64,000 nt of DNA. It comes from the human T2T-CHM13v2.0 reference genome, Homo sapiens. The stretch is taken from assembly GCF_009914755.1 (NCBI RefSeq), contig NC_060940.1; one strand, written 5' to 3'. The position numbers were made by a program, and so were the translations under genes. How positions within the stretch are numbered: position 1 is the first letter of the stretch; each line of letters opens with the position of its first letter. Positions 44,329-59,300 of the stretch are shown piece after piece. Below the pieces are notes generated by a model. It saw only the letters and a list, made by a program, of their open reading frames with translations, did no database searches and was not told where the DNA came from.

Positions 44329-45029
44329 CTACTCTAGTTATGATTGAAGTCCCAAAAAGAAAAGAGGAAAAAATAATGGAGCAAAAGAAATATTTTTCAA
44401 AATAACTGCCAAAAATATTCTAAAATAAGTGCAGAAAATTAAACTTCAAATATAGGAAACTCAGAGAATGTCAAATAGAACAAAAAGAAATAAGAATTAC
44501 ATCTTGAAAAATCTTTAAAATATCAAGTCTAAATTTTATATCTTGCTCCAAATATATAGAGATATAAATAGGTTATCATCAAGATATGGAGAAAGCCATA
44601 TCATGGAAACACTAAAATAAGGCTGTGGAAGGACTACATTGATATTAGACACAACAGAGTTCGGAACAAGAAATACTATCAGAGATGAGAGATAATAGAT
44701 AATAGAATAATCAATACTCAAGAAGATGTAAACATCCTACTAATTAGGGTATGCAGTTAACAACAGAACCTGCAAATACATGAGGTAAAACAGGAAAGAA
44801 ATCAAAGGTGAAATACAAAAATCAAAAATTATATTTGCAGACTTCAACACTTTTGTCTTAGTAATGGAAAGACTAGGCACAAACTCAGTAACCATGTGGA
44901 AGATAAGAACAACAATATCACCAACAAGACATCCAATCTTCAATGGCAGATACTCTTTCCTTTCAAGTGAAAAAAAAAAAAAACAGTACGGCATATTGTC
45001 TAACAAACCCAGAATTTCTAATATTTGCG

Positions 45030-45665
45030 TTCTTCCTTCCTTGTTTCCATCTTCCTTTCTCTTCTCTTCCCTTCCCTTGCCTTCTTCCTTCCTTTCTTCT
45101 TTTCCTCTTCCTTTTCTTTTCTTTTTTCTTTTCCTTTATTTCTTTTTTCTTTTTTCTCCTTCCTTCCTTCTTTCCTTCTTTCTTTCCTGTTCTTCTACCT
45201 TCCCTCCTGCCTCTCTTCCTTTCTCGCTCCCTTTTCTTCCTTCTTTTCTCATATTCATTCTTTCTTTCTAACGTTCTTGCTTTCTTTCCTTTTTTCTACC
45301 TTCCTCCCGCCCTCCTTTTCCTCCTTCTTCCCTCTCTTCCTTTCCTCTTTTCCTTCCTTCCTTCGCCTCTTTATTTTCTTTGTTTCTTTGACTTCCTCCC
45401 TTTTACCATTTTCTCTTCCTCCTTTCCTTCCTCCCTTCCTCCTTTCTTTCTTTCTTTCTCTTTCTTTCATTCATTCTTTCTTTCTTTCCTTCTTTCTTTC
45501 TTGTGTTCATGCTTTCTTTTTTCTCCCTTCCTGCCTTTCTCCTTTCCTCCCTCCCTCCCTTCTTCCCTCATTTCTTCCTTCTTTTCTTTCTTCTTTCTTT
45601 ATTTCTTTCCTTCCTTCCTTCTTTCCTTCCTTCTTTTTCTTTCTTTTCTTTTCTTTCTTTCTCTT
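45030..45665 (+). repeat. Polypyrimidine (CT-rich) tract, paralogue of 32858-33355
   Basis: ~640 bp C/T tract with the same flanks. Confidence 0.95.
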
Positions 45666-45752
45666 TATTACAATTCATATTATTTTAAAAAAATTAAGAG
45701 AGGGAGACAGAAAAATAAAGAACGCTTTAATCTGCAGGTAAATAGATTATAT

Positions 45753-46555
45753 CTGCTGTAGGCAAAAGAATGGCCTCCAAAAAAATTTCATGTCCTAATT
45801 CCCAGAGTCTAACATACAAATATGTTAGGTTGCATGGCAGTGTGAAATTAGATTTCAAGTGAAATTAAGGTTGCGGTAAAATGATAGAGAGATTGTCTTC
45901 AATGGGTGGGATCAATGAAATGACAAACTTCCTTATAAGTGAAAGAAGAAGGCAGAAGAAAGGCAACCTTGGAGGTGGTGGCATGAGAAATTACTCAACA
46001 TCACTGACTTTTAACATACAAGAATGAGGGCCCAGTGCGGTGGCTCACTCCTAATCCCAGCACTTTGGGAGGCTGGGGTGGGTTTATCACGAGGTCAGGA
46101 GATCGAGACCATCCTGGCTAACATGGTGAAACCCCATCCCTACTAAAAATACAAAAAATTAACTGGGCATGGTGGCAAGTGCCTGTATTCCAAGCTACTC
46201 AGGAAGCTGAGGCAGAAGAATCACTTGAATCCAGGAGGCAGAGGTTGCAGTGAGCTGAGATCATGCCAATGCACTCCAGCCTGGGTGACAGAAGGAGACC
46301 CCATCACCAAAAAAAAAAAGAAAAATAGGTATAAGAATGAGGTCATGTTCCAAGGAATAAAGGTGGCCTCTGGATGCTGAAAAAAATCAAGTAATAAATT
46401 CTGCCACATAGCCCTCAGAAAGACTGCAGCCTTGCCCAAAACTTGATGTTAGCCCAGTGAGTTTCATTTAAGGCTTCTGAACTACAGAACTGTAGGATTA
46501 ACGGTCACTTTATTATAAGATATGAAGTTTGTGGTAATTGGTTACAGCAGCAAGA
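45753..46555 (+). mobile_element. MLT1D-like MaLR LTR interrupted by an Alu
   Basis: gtaggcaaaagaatggcctcc..ttgatgttagcccagtgag..ttctgaactacagaactgtaggat..gtttgtggtaattggttacagcagcaa. Confidence 0.7.
46029..46325 (+). mobile_element. AluSc/Sc8-like element with TSD
   Basis: atcacgaggtcaggagatcgagaccatcctggctaacatgg; flanked by ta(c/t)aagaatgagg on both sides. Confidence 0.88.
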
Positions 46556-47547
46556 GGAAGTTTATATTGTAATTGTATCATGAAAATGAGAACCGTAATT
46601 TACAACTGCTTTTAATACTGCACTTGGATGTTTGAAATCACGTACATGGAAATGATCTCTATGTGCATGAGGGAGGATAACAAATTGATGCCAAAATAAT
46701 GCAAATGCAAATCTTACACTCATTTCTATGTAGGTTTTATTTAATCTTTGAAATTAAAATGAAATAAAAAGATGGTGATCTTTTGATGAAATTAGACTAA
46801 AATGAACAATAACAAAATAAGAACTTACTTATATTCTTTATATGGTCAATAAAGAAGTGAGAGTGGAAAAAAACAAGATCAAATGAAGGTGATGATTTAA
46901 GAATTTGGAAAGATAGCTGAAACTACAAAATGGTATATAACCAGTGAACACTTAGACACACTGATTGATGAACTTCAGCTTTTGGCTTTGTGAGAGCATA
47001 ACATGAGAGCAGCTGAGGTTTGCAAATTTGTAATCTCCTTGTGGAAAACCAGGGGAAAACACATCTCAGCCTAATAAGACTTATCTACTAAAGAGTCTAG
47101 ACTTGATCCATTTGTCCTTGTAATTCAAAAGCTAATTCAAATACTGATCTGATATATTGTGTGAACAACCATTGCTGATTTTCATCGCATACCTGGCATT
47201 CTCTTTTATCTGATATCTAAAATATTTGGTAATTCCTGGACTTTCTCTTTTCAAACCCAGTACGGTTTAATTTGAGTCTTAGAACAGTTGTCTTTGAGAA
47301 ATTCTTCCCTCTACTGCATCTGTGAATGGGCATAGCATGGTTACATGCATATTGTCACTCCATAGAACATTTGTTATATTAAAGACAAAGTTTAAAGCAA
47401 GAGCTTTAACTTACTGGTTTTACTAATGTTTCCTCCCCAATAGCCACAACAATATTGATACTCTCACACCTTTTAACATAAAGCTTGGTGCTGTCTATTT
47501 TTCAGGTGCTGTCATCTATATGATCTCGGTATTTTAAAAATCAGCTT

Positions 47548-47876
<329 letters not shown>

Positions 47877-49334
47877 CTATGTAAATATGCACAGGTGATG
47901 TCCATATAGACATAAATAATAATATTTCTGACAATAGGTCCATACGATCTTCAAAATGTAAAATGCCTATCTGTGTAATTGACTGGTCAGTCTCATTAAT
48001 GAATATAGATTCAATTCTACTTTCTTGTTCTCCATAAATTATATAATCTAGCTTTTCATTTCACTTATTTACTAATAACAACAGGAAGAATGACAAGATA
48101 TCTATTTTGGAAAATTACTCTGATAGGAGTAAAGCTGAAACAATGATAGAATAGCAAGGAAAACTAGAAAAAAGTATGGTCTTCTGATATTCTATCACAT
48201 CACATACTAAAGGCCTCATAAAACTCAGATATTTTATCTAAAAATGTTACTTTCCTCATAGGAATGATCAAAGCATGAGACTACAATTGTATTAAAATGT
48301 GCTTGTATCACAAGCACAGGTGCTAAAAAGGAGGGGAAAACATCATTACTGATATTTTCAATGTATGTTTTACTTTTCATCAACATGAACCTCAACTTAA
48401 TATGATGCAGATTGAAGGAAATCAACCATAATTCCATATGAAGAAGGCCTGTGATATTTTATGGGAAAATAAATAGAGAAAATGCTAACAGAAACCCTAT
48501 TAAGCATGAAGCTTTATGGAGCAAACACAAATCCAGTGGTGAAAGATACACAATCGAGTTCTGTTTGTTGTCTTGGAACAATACGGTTTAGAGGTGACTG
48601 GCGGGTGAGGAGAACATATGCGAGCTCACCAAAGAGAAAAGCTGAATGAGGCAATGCCTCTTCCTGACCATATCTCTTACTCAGATAACTATATAATTTA
48701 TTGTCCAGTAAAGGGTATATTAAAAAATCATATTAAAAGTCATACAGTGAAGTTGTCCAGGGAAATCAAGAATTAACAGTATCACTCTGACAGTAATGAA
48801 CAGGCGGGTTCCCTCAAGATAGACTAGGACATGACCCCACACTGGCAGGTAGTAGTACCAGGAAAGAACCCATGGAAAATCTTTACCTTACGCTTGAGAT
48901 AGGGACCGGGCTGAAGTGAAAACCAGACATAAAATTCTATCTAAAATAAATCCACAATCGAAGAAAATATGTGGTGTACAGGCATAGAATGTCTTTACTG
49001 GATCATTTAAATAGTAAGACAAATTCAACTTTTTACATTGTTTTCTTTTCCTCCACTTAGGGCTAGAGGTTTGTCTCTGGAGAGTGACTGTCAATTGGAG
49101 CCCTGCCTTTCTGGGTTTCTGGTCAGGGGGTTGTGGATGCTTAACATGTGCCTTTCACAGGACATTTCCTTACCCCAGCAGTGGCCAGGTGTGCATCCCA
49201 CGACCAGGTCTCCCTCTCACAGAACATTTGTTGAGACTAGGAGATGCCTGGTGACTGTTGCCTGACCTGTGTCCTGTGTATTTCTGACAAGAGCCACTCT
49301 CAGAGACCCTGGCCAGGAGGAGAGTTAGGTTCCA

Positions 49335-50140
49335 GTGTAGGTCAGCTCAGACCCATGGAGGCCACAGAACCAAACATGGGAAATCACAGAAGTAGGTTTA
49401 TTACTCACAGATCCAGAGAGAAGAGGGTAGCTGAGAAGAGGGTTTAGCTGTGTCCCCAGCCAAATCTCATCTTGAATTCCCACATGTTGTGGGAGGGAAC
49501 AGGTGGGAGGTAATTGAATCATGGGGGCAGGTCTTTCCCATGCTGTTCTTCTAATAGTGAATATGTCTCACAAGATCTGATGGTTTTATAAAGGGGAGTT
49601 TCCCTGCACAAGCTCTCTTGTCTTGTCTGCTGCCATGTGAGACGTGCCTTTCACCTTGTGCCATGATTGTGAGGCCTACCCACCCATGTGGAACTGTGCA
49701 TCTATTAAACCTCTTTCTTCTAGAAATTACCCAGTCTTGGGCATGTCTTTACCGGTGGTGTGAAAATGGACTAATAGAGTAGCACACCTCATAGGGCTTA
49801 ACAAAATGGGGAAGATGAGTGGGGAGCAGGAGAGAGAAAAGGGGTCTGTGGGACTCCAGCCTTTATTGGGCCCAGAATATTACCCAAATAAGTTTTCCAC
49901 GGGGCACTAGTCGGTGGGGTGAGTGCCAGCAGGCACATTTCTTGACTCCCGCTGCAACTGAGCAGGTCACTCTGGCGTGTGGGGGCTGTCCATGTGCACT
50001 GTGAAGTCTGTGGGGTGAGTCAGGTAGGTTGTATCCAATGGTTCTATAGCTGGTAGACACCCGGAGAAGGCAACTGTGTAGGGTCCATATCTGGGCCAGC
50101 CACACTGAGGAACTGTGAGGGTTAGAACTGGAAATTGTCA
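49335..50140 (-). mobile_element. Old ERVL-like LTR (host of the THE1); its right part is also at 1-290
   Basis: gtttattactcacagatcc..gagaagagggtagc|acacctc..ctttattggg pattern; family uncertain. Confidence 0.4.
49432..49778 (+). mobile_element. THE1 (THE1B-like) solo LTR with 5-bp TSD GTAGC
   Basis: gctgtgtccccagccaaatctcatcttgaatt..ttacccagtcttggg..gaaaatggactaata; gtagc at 49427-49431 and 49779-49783. Confidence 0.9.
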
Positions 50141-53100
50141 AGGGAATGTGAACCCAGCTACCATATGGGAGAGTTCAACTTATGTTCAATGTGAATGCCA
50201 TGGCAATATTCAAAGGTAAGAATTCGCTCCATACGTGCTTGAGGTAAATAGGACAAACCTAGAATTTATGTAAACAGTGAGAAGATTGGATGCGTTTTCC
50301 ATCACATATTTTAATACTAGCAGCATATTTTGTATGTCAATCCATCAGGCATTCAGAAATACATGCTTATGAAATTTTTTTTGCACCATCAGACAAAAGA
50401 CAAGGGTAGAAGACATTTGTAACCCTATACACACTAGTAAATTAAAAACTGAAGGACCTTTATGTCCTAACATATCTGTGTTGTGAAAGGCTGCCCTGTG
50501 AAATACGGGATTTCTTCAACATATTTTAAAAATCATAGGTGTCAATATTTTTTAGAAATCCACTTAAATTTTCTCTTGCTATTTTACAGTGCCTATTTAT
50601 TTATTTAGTGGCTCTGCTGATTTTGATGTATATCCTAAACTTTACATTTTCTTTAAAGGATGTTTTATACAACTTTATGTAAAATGTTTCACTATCTTCA
50701 CATTCTCTCCCTGTCCTTTTGTTTTGCTCTTATATGGTGGTCTTGTGTCTTTTCTCTGGCTTTTCAAACCTAGTAAGACTAAGACACTAAAGTAACTTTG
50801 CCCGTGGTTTGGTAATGCCTTCTAAAGCACATCCTAAGCTCTCGTGCATACAGGCGTCTCCTTTGAGCTCTGTGCTTTTGAGATCCCATACACCTAAATT
50901 CCAGTACTCCAAATCAGTACTGCTCAGTTGTAGATACTAAGTTTAAAAATGTATTTTAATAGCAAGTTAGTTTAGTGCACTCTTGCTTCTTTCTTGACTG
51001 CTTATATACATGTATATTCCTTTAAATGAATCTTGGAATTTATTTAAAAATTTTAAATTATACTAATGAAACTGTACACTGTTGTGAATTCATAAGTGAA
51101 TTTGGAAAGAATTTGTCTTTATGACACTGAATCCTTTTTATCCAAGAATCATATGTGTCTTTACATTTAATCCAGTCTATATTTATATCACTGAGTAAAT
51201 ATATAGAAATGTAGATATATACAGCTGCAGTTATAGATACAAATATAGATATTACATGTTAAATCTATATCTATCCCATATAACATATATACATGTTATA
51301 TGTGTGTGTGTATATATATATGTTTATGTTATTAAGAGCTCCCATAAATTTTTCTTTTATTTCCTATATGATTTTAGTTTGAGCTTGAATTTTCCTTGTA
51401 TAAACAAGCAAATATTTATACTAGTTTTAATACTGCCGTTTAGACATTTTGTCTTATTTTAGCATTGAATATTTTCACAATTATTATAAATATTATCTAA
51501 TATTAAGAATGTACCTGTTAAAAATATTTATTTTAACATTGAATTATTTTATTGTTGAATTAAAATTCCTTTAATATGATAGTAAATTTCTATTTTATGC
51601 TTTCTCTATGCATATGCAAATTAATCTATGCACTTCTTTATCTCTATGTAGTAACATATTAAAATAAGGTCTCTCTTCTTCTAAGGGACATACACATGTT
51701 TGCACATAGAATATCAGACTCTTTATAGCATTTAAAATCTTTAAAGACATGAATATTGTCTTCTAACAAATATATTTTAGCATGTACTGAGAATCCCCTG
51801 TTTATTTTTAATTTGGGCTAATCAATATGATTAATATTATTATATTACCAAATTTGGAAACACACTTTCATCCCCAAGGTGGATATTTGTTTTATTTTTT
51901 TTTGCCAATTTCTTGTCTTACTGTTTCAAACATTGTTGGATATTATTTTTATTTTATTTGGCATTTTAGTATCAACATTTGTAATTGATGTACTCTACAT
52001 ATTTTTTCTTCAATATCTGTTGGGTTTTATATTTACTGTTATATTGGATTTGTAGTAGACATTGACAAAAAGTATTCCTGTATGTTTTATAGCTGTATGA
52101 AGGAAACTAATATGTTTTACCCCTAAATATATTTCCTTGATAAATTTCAAAATGGCTATTGAGAAGGGCTGGAAATGCAAACTTAGCTGTAAAGCTGTCT
52201 TGGGGAGATTTGCATCGGTAGAGAATCTGCCTTGATGCAGCCAGGCTTTCTCTGAGGTCTGCCCCCTTGTCTGGATCTAGGAAAGCTTAACTGAGAGTCT
52301 GAGGTCTCCTAAGGTCTGAAAGAAACCTTTTCGGTCTATTCTCTCTGAGGACTGCTCCCAGTGAGGTTCCACCTATGCAATAAGTCCACTGTTGCTAGCC
52401 AGGGTCGTTTTCTCACATAACCTTTTTTTTTTTTTCCTGTGATCCAAGACCCCATTCTTTCTGTAAACTTCATGTGGTAGATAAGCTTCTGCACGCATCG
52501 TGTGTCTGGGTCTTCGTTCTAAGGGCTCCGGTGTACACACATTGCAGAAACCTGCATGCCTTTTCTGCTATTTACCTGCCTCCTCTTAGTGATTTTCAGG
52601 GAAACTTCAGAAGGCGAAAGGGACATTCTCCTTTAGCCCATTCTCAGACAAAATACCCCAACATTTAACTGATTCCTAATAGCTTAAAATCACTTTGAAA
52701 AATCCATATATTTATAACCTTTTCTTCCCTCTATGATTTCTGGTCAGCTTGGGTTTTGTTTTTCTTTCTATTTACTTCATCCTTGAAAAGATCTATTTTA
52801 TGTCTATTTATTCTCATTTATGGACATTGAGAAAAGAAAATAACTTTCATGTGAGAAATGCAAGTCCTTTTAAATAATCAGGCCCAGAGAGATATTCAAA
52901 TGAGACAGCAGTTCTGTCCTGCTCCGCTTTGAGCTGTGTGTTCATCTAGGCTGCTTGCTGTTGCCACAGTAGCTATAAATTGACAAATAACGCCACACCA
53001 GACACTATAATCCACACCCAATAATAGTGTAACAGTGTATAGCCAGTCACTAATAAATGTTATTTCCATAAGCCAATGAGAATTTGTGACAAACCTCTTT

Positions 53101-54292
53101 GCATCATCCCACTTCTGGACCCTTTTTTGCCTTTAAGAAACTGCTTGTTGCAAAGCTCCAAAGGGAGTTCATATCCAAGGATACTTGGGTCTGTTTCTTC
53201 CAGGCAGCTGTCCTCATTGTGGCTCAAGTAAACTCTTTGAATTACGTTTTGTGCGTCAGCCCCTTCCACTTACATTAACAACATGGATTTGTGTCACCAT
53301 GTACAGCAACTAAAATGTTTACACTTTTCCCCTCGAGGGCACTGATGTGTTTTCCTGAGCACTTGGAATAGCTATGTAGTGTTTACTGTCTAGATTATGG
53401 TTTCTCAACCTAGGTGCTACTTACCTTTAGGACCAGAAGATTCTTTGTTGTGGGAGGCTGCCCTAGCAATGCTAGGTGTTTCGTTTGACCTCTAAATTTC
53501 ACACCTCCACCAGTCTTGACATGCCCACAATAACCCTAGACATTGACAAATGTCTCCTGGGGAAAACTCTCCACCAGTTGACAACCAAAGTTCTGGAAAT
53601 ATTGGAATTGTCCATTGAGATTGTATGTTATCCAAAACAAATACTTTTATTTGTTTTTAAACATCTACTTCCATCTACTTATCTACTTATTTTTACGTTT
53701 ATTTGTAACTTAATTCCATCAAGGAGAGAGAGTGTATTTTCTGTTATGCTAAATTTTTGAAGAATGTATTGAATATTTATGACCTGATATATGGATGATA
53801 TGTAGATATTACATGTTTGTATTATCAAATTTCAGGGCGATAAGGAAATAAATACTTATAATATTTATATTATCACTCTATATTAGTTATTTTCTTTCTT
53901 CACTACAGGAGTTTTTCAACCTATAGGCTATTTTTCAATTCTAGGTTATCCAGTAGATTTTGAAATGTTATGATTAAATATCTACTTCTCAAGCATTCAT
54001 CTTTGCAAATGAAACAATCCCAAGCTCTTATAATGCACATCATATAAAGGGCAGATTAGTCAATATATGGTTCAGAAATAATTATGTAATATTTATAAGA
54101 AAATTAAAAATTTAGATCCTTAACTCAGATAACAATAATCCAAATTAAAATGTGATTTCATTACATAATTTAAAATGACACCAGAATACTAGTAAAAATG
54201 TAGATAAGTTTATATAATCTTTTTTAGCTGTAGAACTTTATTAGCGAAAATTCAAATACAGGAACGGAAGTAAGATTGAGACCTATAGTCAA

Positions 54293-54668
54293 AAGAAAAT
54301 GTGGTACATACACACCATGGAATACAATGCAGCCATAAAAATGATGAGTTCATGTCATTTGTAGGGACATGGATGAAAATGGAAATCATCATTCTCGGTG
54401 AATTATCGCAAGAACAAAAAATTAAACACCGCATATTCTCACTCACAGGTGGGAATTGAACAATGAGATCACATGGACACAGGAAGGGGAATATCACACT
54501 CTGGGGACTGTGGTGGGGTGGGTGGGGGGAGGGATAGCATTGGAAGATATACCTAATGCTAGATGACGAGTTAGTGGGTGCAGTGCACCAGCATGGCACA
54601 TGCATACATATGTAACTAACCTGCACAATGGGCACATGTACCCTAAAAATTAAAGTGTAATAAAAAAA
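54293..54668 (+). mobile_element. 5'-truncated young L1 (L1PA2-like), ORF2 end + 3' UTR + short polyA
   Basis: aagaaaatgtgg..gagatcacatggacacaggaaggggaatatcacactctgggg..ctagatgacGAGttagtggg (GAG, not the ACA/ACG of L1HS)..gtaataaaaaaa. Confidence 0.92.
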
Positions 54669-55952
54669 GAATTAATTAAGGTAGGAGCTACTTTTCAAAG
54701 AGCGCATTTTTTTCACAGACCTATTAAATAAGACAAATAACATTTAAACTTTATTTTTAAATTTGCAGAATAGTAGTTTTCAGCAGATGGTTTATTTTAG
54801 CAAATTCCATCTTCACATTGTGCTATGCTTTTATGAGTTCCAGCTTTTAACAGATAATATTTTACTGCTGAAACCATCATGTGTGATATAATTGTTCATT
54901 ATGTGCCTTAAAACACAAACAATATAATTATTTTCAACTTGGAGCAAATTAAAATCTTATCAGCAATTTAAAAACTCTAGAGTCGTCTTCTTCTGGTTAA
55001 TTATTTTAAACTTGTATTTTTCTCTTTATGTGTTTAGTGAGTTATCTTATCAAGGAGAAGAACTCAAGCTGATTATTCTTTTTTTTTCCATCCACCTCGC
55101 AGGTGTGTTAATAATTTCATTTCTCAGAAAATGTTCTTTCATATCCATCTTACAAGATGAGAGACATTATAACATCTTCCATTCGTAAGTGCTACCAGTA
55201 ATGGAAAATATTGCAGCTTCATGAATATGGTGATACAAATAGTTATCCGTCTAACCTCTTTCAGTGCCAAATGTTTACTTTACTCAGTGAATTAGTCAGT
55301 TGACTGGTAATTTCTTCTGAAATCACTAATGAGAGGATCAGAGGACTGGCTGTTGTCTGTACCTCATATGACTCCCAGTGCAGACAATTGTTTCTATGGA
55401 GCACAGACAGTTGAAAGGATTGACTTCCTGCCTAGAATAGTTTCTGCTGTGCTTCTTATCCTTCTTGTGGAGATTTCAGATTATCTGAATTGCTTTTCTA
55501 TCTTGAGAAAAAAAGCAACAATTCTCCCAGCTGAGAGGAATGTAAACTGTAGTAAGTTAGCAGAACCAAACCGTAAAATTTTTACATTGTTGGTTGCAAA
55601 ATGCAGCGCTGGTGTCTCCATCACTAACCTTCTCTATCCCTCATTGCGCTTCCTTTGACTGCACTAGGATACCTCTAGGCAAATCTGTATTCCCGAGACA
55701 GAGTGCCCTTTTGGTGAGCTATAAGCACACTCGATGGTAGGCTGAAATACTAGTTTTTATCTATGGCGAAATGGAATCATATCAGTGATTTTTTTAAAAA
55801 GGAAATTTAACTCTTACTATGGTTTGAATGCTTGCCCCTACCAATCTCTTGTTAAAATTTGATCCCCAACGTTGCAGGTGGGGCTTACTGGGAGGTGTTT
55901 GTTCATGGGTTTGGACCTTCATGAATGGATAATACCCTCCCTTAGAAATCTA

Positions 55953-56307
<355 letters not shown>

Positions 56308-59300
56308 TTATTCACATATAATTCCCCCACCCATCCTTTTTGAGATATTAATTACATGTATGTTACACTGCTGCATATTGTCTGACGTATCAGTGAGTTT
56401 CTGGCTTTCTTATTTTAGTTTACCCTTTGTCCTTTAGTTTGTAAAGCTTCTATTATTTTCTATAAATAAATTCCATTACTTATTTTATCTCATGGAATTT
56501 TTATTTCAAATATTTATTTTTCATCTAGACATGTCACATTTTTCATTTTATAACTTCTATTTTTCTCCTATGTTCAATTTTCTTTTAAGTACCTTGACAT
56601 ATATATGTATTTATCTATATGTATTTATAAAATATATTTACTTTAAGGACCTTTAAATTTCCCTCTTTTCCGTCATTTATAAATGACTTATTTTTATCCT
56701 GTTAATATATATCTTAATTATATATATCTTGTGGCTTCTTTGCATGACAGAGTTTTTTTTTGGGGGGTATTTTGATGTTATGCTATTGAATATCTAGATT
56801 TTATTGGCTACCTTTGAACAATGTTGTGGCAGGCAGTTCAGTAACTTCAGGATGAGCATTTGTCTGTTGTTGTTTTAAATCTTCTCTTTAAAGTTTGTGG
56901 AATTAGTGTAGAGCCATCTGTAATTTGGAGCTAAATGAGCACTGTCACTAGGGCATGAGCCTCCACTGGTCTTTACTGAATATCCTGGAGGTACAGAGGG
57001 GATTCCCTTCTCTGATTAGAATTTGGAATATAAAGAGAAAAGAGAAAATTAGAAAGCTATGCATAAACACGTGCATTAAAATGAATTTTATGTGGGTTTT
57101 TTCATGAAAGTGTTCCTAAAGTATTTTACTTTTTTATTGTGGTAAAATTCACATAACATAAAATGTACTCTGTTAACCATATTAAGGGTACAGTTCAGTG
57201 GTACTAAATATAGTCATAACCTTGTTCATCCGTCCATAACATCCATCTCCATAATTCTTTTCATCTTGTAAAACTGAAACTCTATACCTATTAAACAATA
57301 CTTCCCCATTTCTTCCTCCCCCCAGCTTCTGGCAACCATCATTGTACCATCTCTATAATGCTAATCAAGCATAGTGGCTGTGTTTCTTGCTTCCTCTAGT
57401 CCGCAGGTAGCATACAAATATAATAAACTACTTATTCATGTCACATCTATTTATTTTCTGCCTTATACCAAGGTTGTAGGTTTCTCTTAAATACAACATT
57501 TTTATACTTACACCTATGTAATACCCATTAACATCGCCTTCCTAAATAAGGGGAAATTGAGCCTCTGTAAGGTGGAGTAACATCCTAAGATATAAAACTC
57601 AGCATTGAAGTCTGTATACTTCAATATCCTGCCCTCTTCTCATTTGTCTTTACTGCCTTTTATGTATGTGTTAGATGTTCAATAAATTCTCTTTTTTAAA
57701 CTGAATGTAAGCCGTGGAGCAGTGTTTTGTTGAACAATAAATATGATATAGGACACTCTTCCTCCCTTTCATTTATGATCCTGTTCATGAAAAAGAGAAA
57801 TTCTTTCATTGTGCTAGAAGCTTAAAATAATGAAAATGCCACTTTCTACATTAAACAGAAACTGAAAGGAATCAAGGTGAATTGCATGAGACGTAGAAAG
57901 CAAGTGGGACAGAAATCTAGTATAATTTGCCCTTTGTGTACCTTTATTATTTAGCGTTTGAGTAAATGATTCCCCCATATATCTTCCCATCTTAATTCAT
58001 GTCTCTAAAGGAGACATTTATGTCTCACCTTGTCAAGAAGGGCAAACTCTAACATCAACATTTCCCAAAAATGCTTCCTGCTAAAACGTAAGCTCAGTCT
58101 GGCTAGAAATGCAGCTCACTTCATAAAGATTAATTGGTAGCTAATTTTGCATGCTGTTGTCTGAACTTGAGTGAAACCTGTTCATCAGGCATACAGGGAA
58201 TGACGGAAAAGGTGACAAGAGAAGATGAATGCTATGTCACTAACCTTCAAAGATGACCTGTCTTTTCTTTCAAATTCTTGATGTCTTAAGACTTCATTAA
58301 TTCATCTCTCTTTGCCCTTGGTTCAACATTGTGCTATGCCAAAACTCATGTAAAACAATGATCTAATGTAATAAAAATGGCATTTTTCTTTCATGTAGAT
58401 GCAAGCTAACTGGCATTTTTACAATCCACATAATTCCTTTGTCAATTTTTCATTCTGTATTGGAAGTAATTGATAGGTATTTCTGAAAGGATGAAGGTGT
58501 TTCTGTGTTCATTGTGATCCAAACTATTTTTAGACCTAGGGGCGTTTGTAAAACAATTTCTGCCAGCTGACCAAGGATCACTGTGGCAGAAAGCAGCAAA
58601 CTTGCATAAAATGTCACTGCCTCATAAGTTGTCTTTGAAAACTAGGGGCTTACTCTATAGTCTTATGAATCAAAGACATTGATATATGTAGTATAAGATT
58701 ACAATAATATTTTCTTTTTGACAGTCACATTATAAAGCATGATGTATTACAATTAATCTCAATTAGCTGATCACAATTAAAATTAATAATGTTTATTATT
58801 GCTGATAAACAATCATGACTCTCCTGTTCTCAAATGTGCAAGTAATTCTTGTAATTTTAATATGAATTTGCATATTATTATTAATTGATTTAATCTCATT
58901 GGATTTGGTTCATGGATCCAATTTATTAAAATATTGAAAATGGGATAATGGCTTGACTCCCCATTTCATGTACACTAAAACAACAATTCTTACAATGGTC
59001 TGCAAGCCCATCATGATCTGCCACATGTTAAGCGCCAAAATTCTTTTATATCTTCACCCTTGATCTTACCAGTTGTCCTAGCCACCTCACTGTCCTCTGG
59101 ACATGCCAACAGGCTGCTGCCTTATGACCAAGACTCTAGTTAATTTCTTGCCTTGGAAAGATAGCCCTCCATATATCCATTCATCAGCTCATTCAACTTC
59201 CTCAAGTCTTTACTGAAACTTCACATTCTCGATGAGGCCTATTCAGTATTTCAAACTGCCTCCCAGCTGCAACATTCCAAAACCCCTTACTCTTCTGTGT

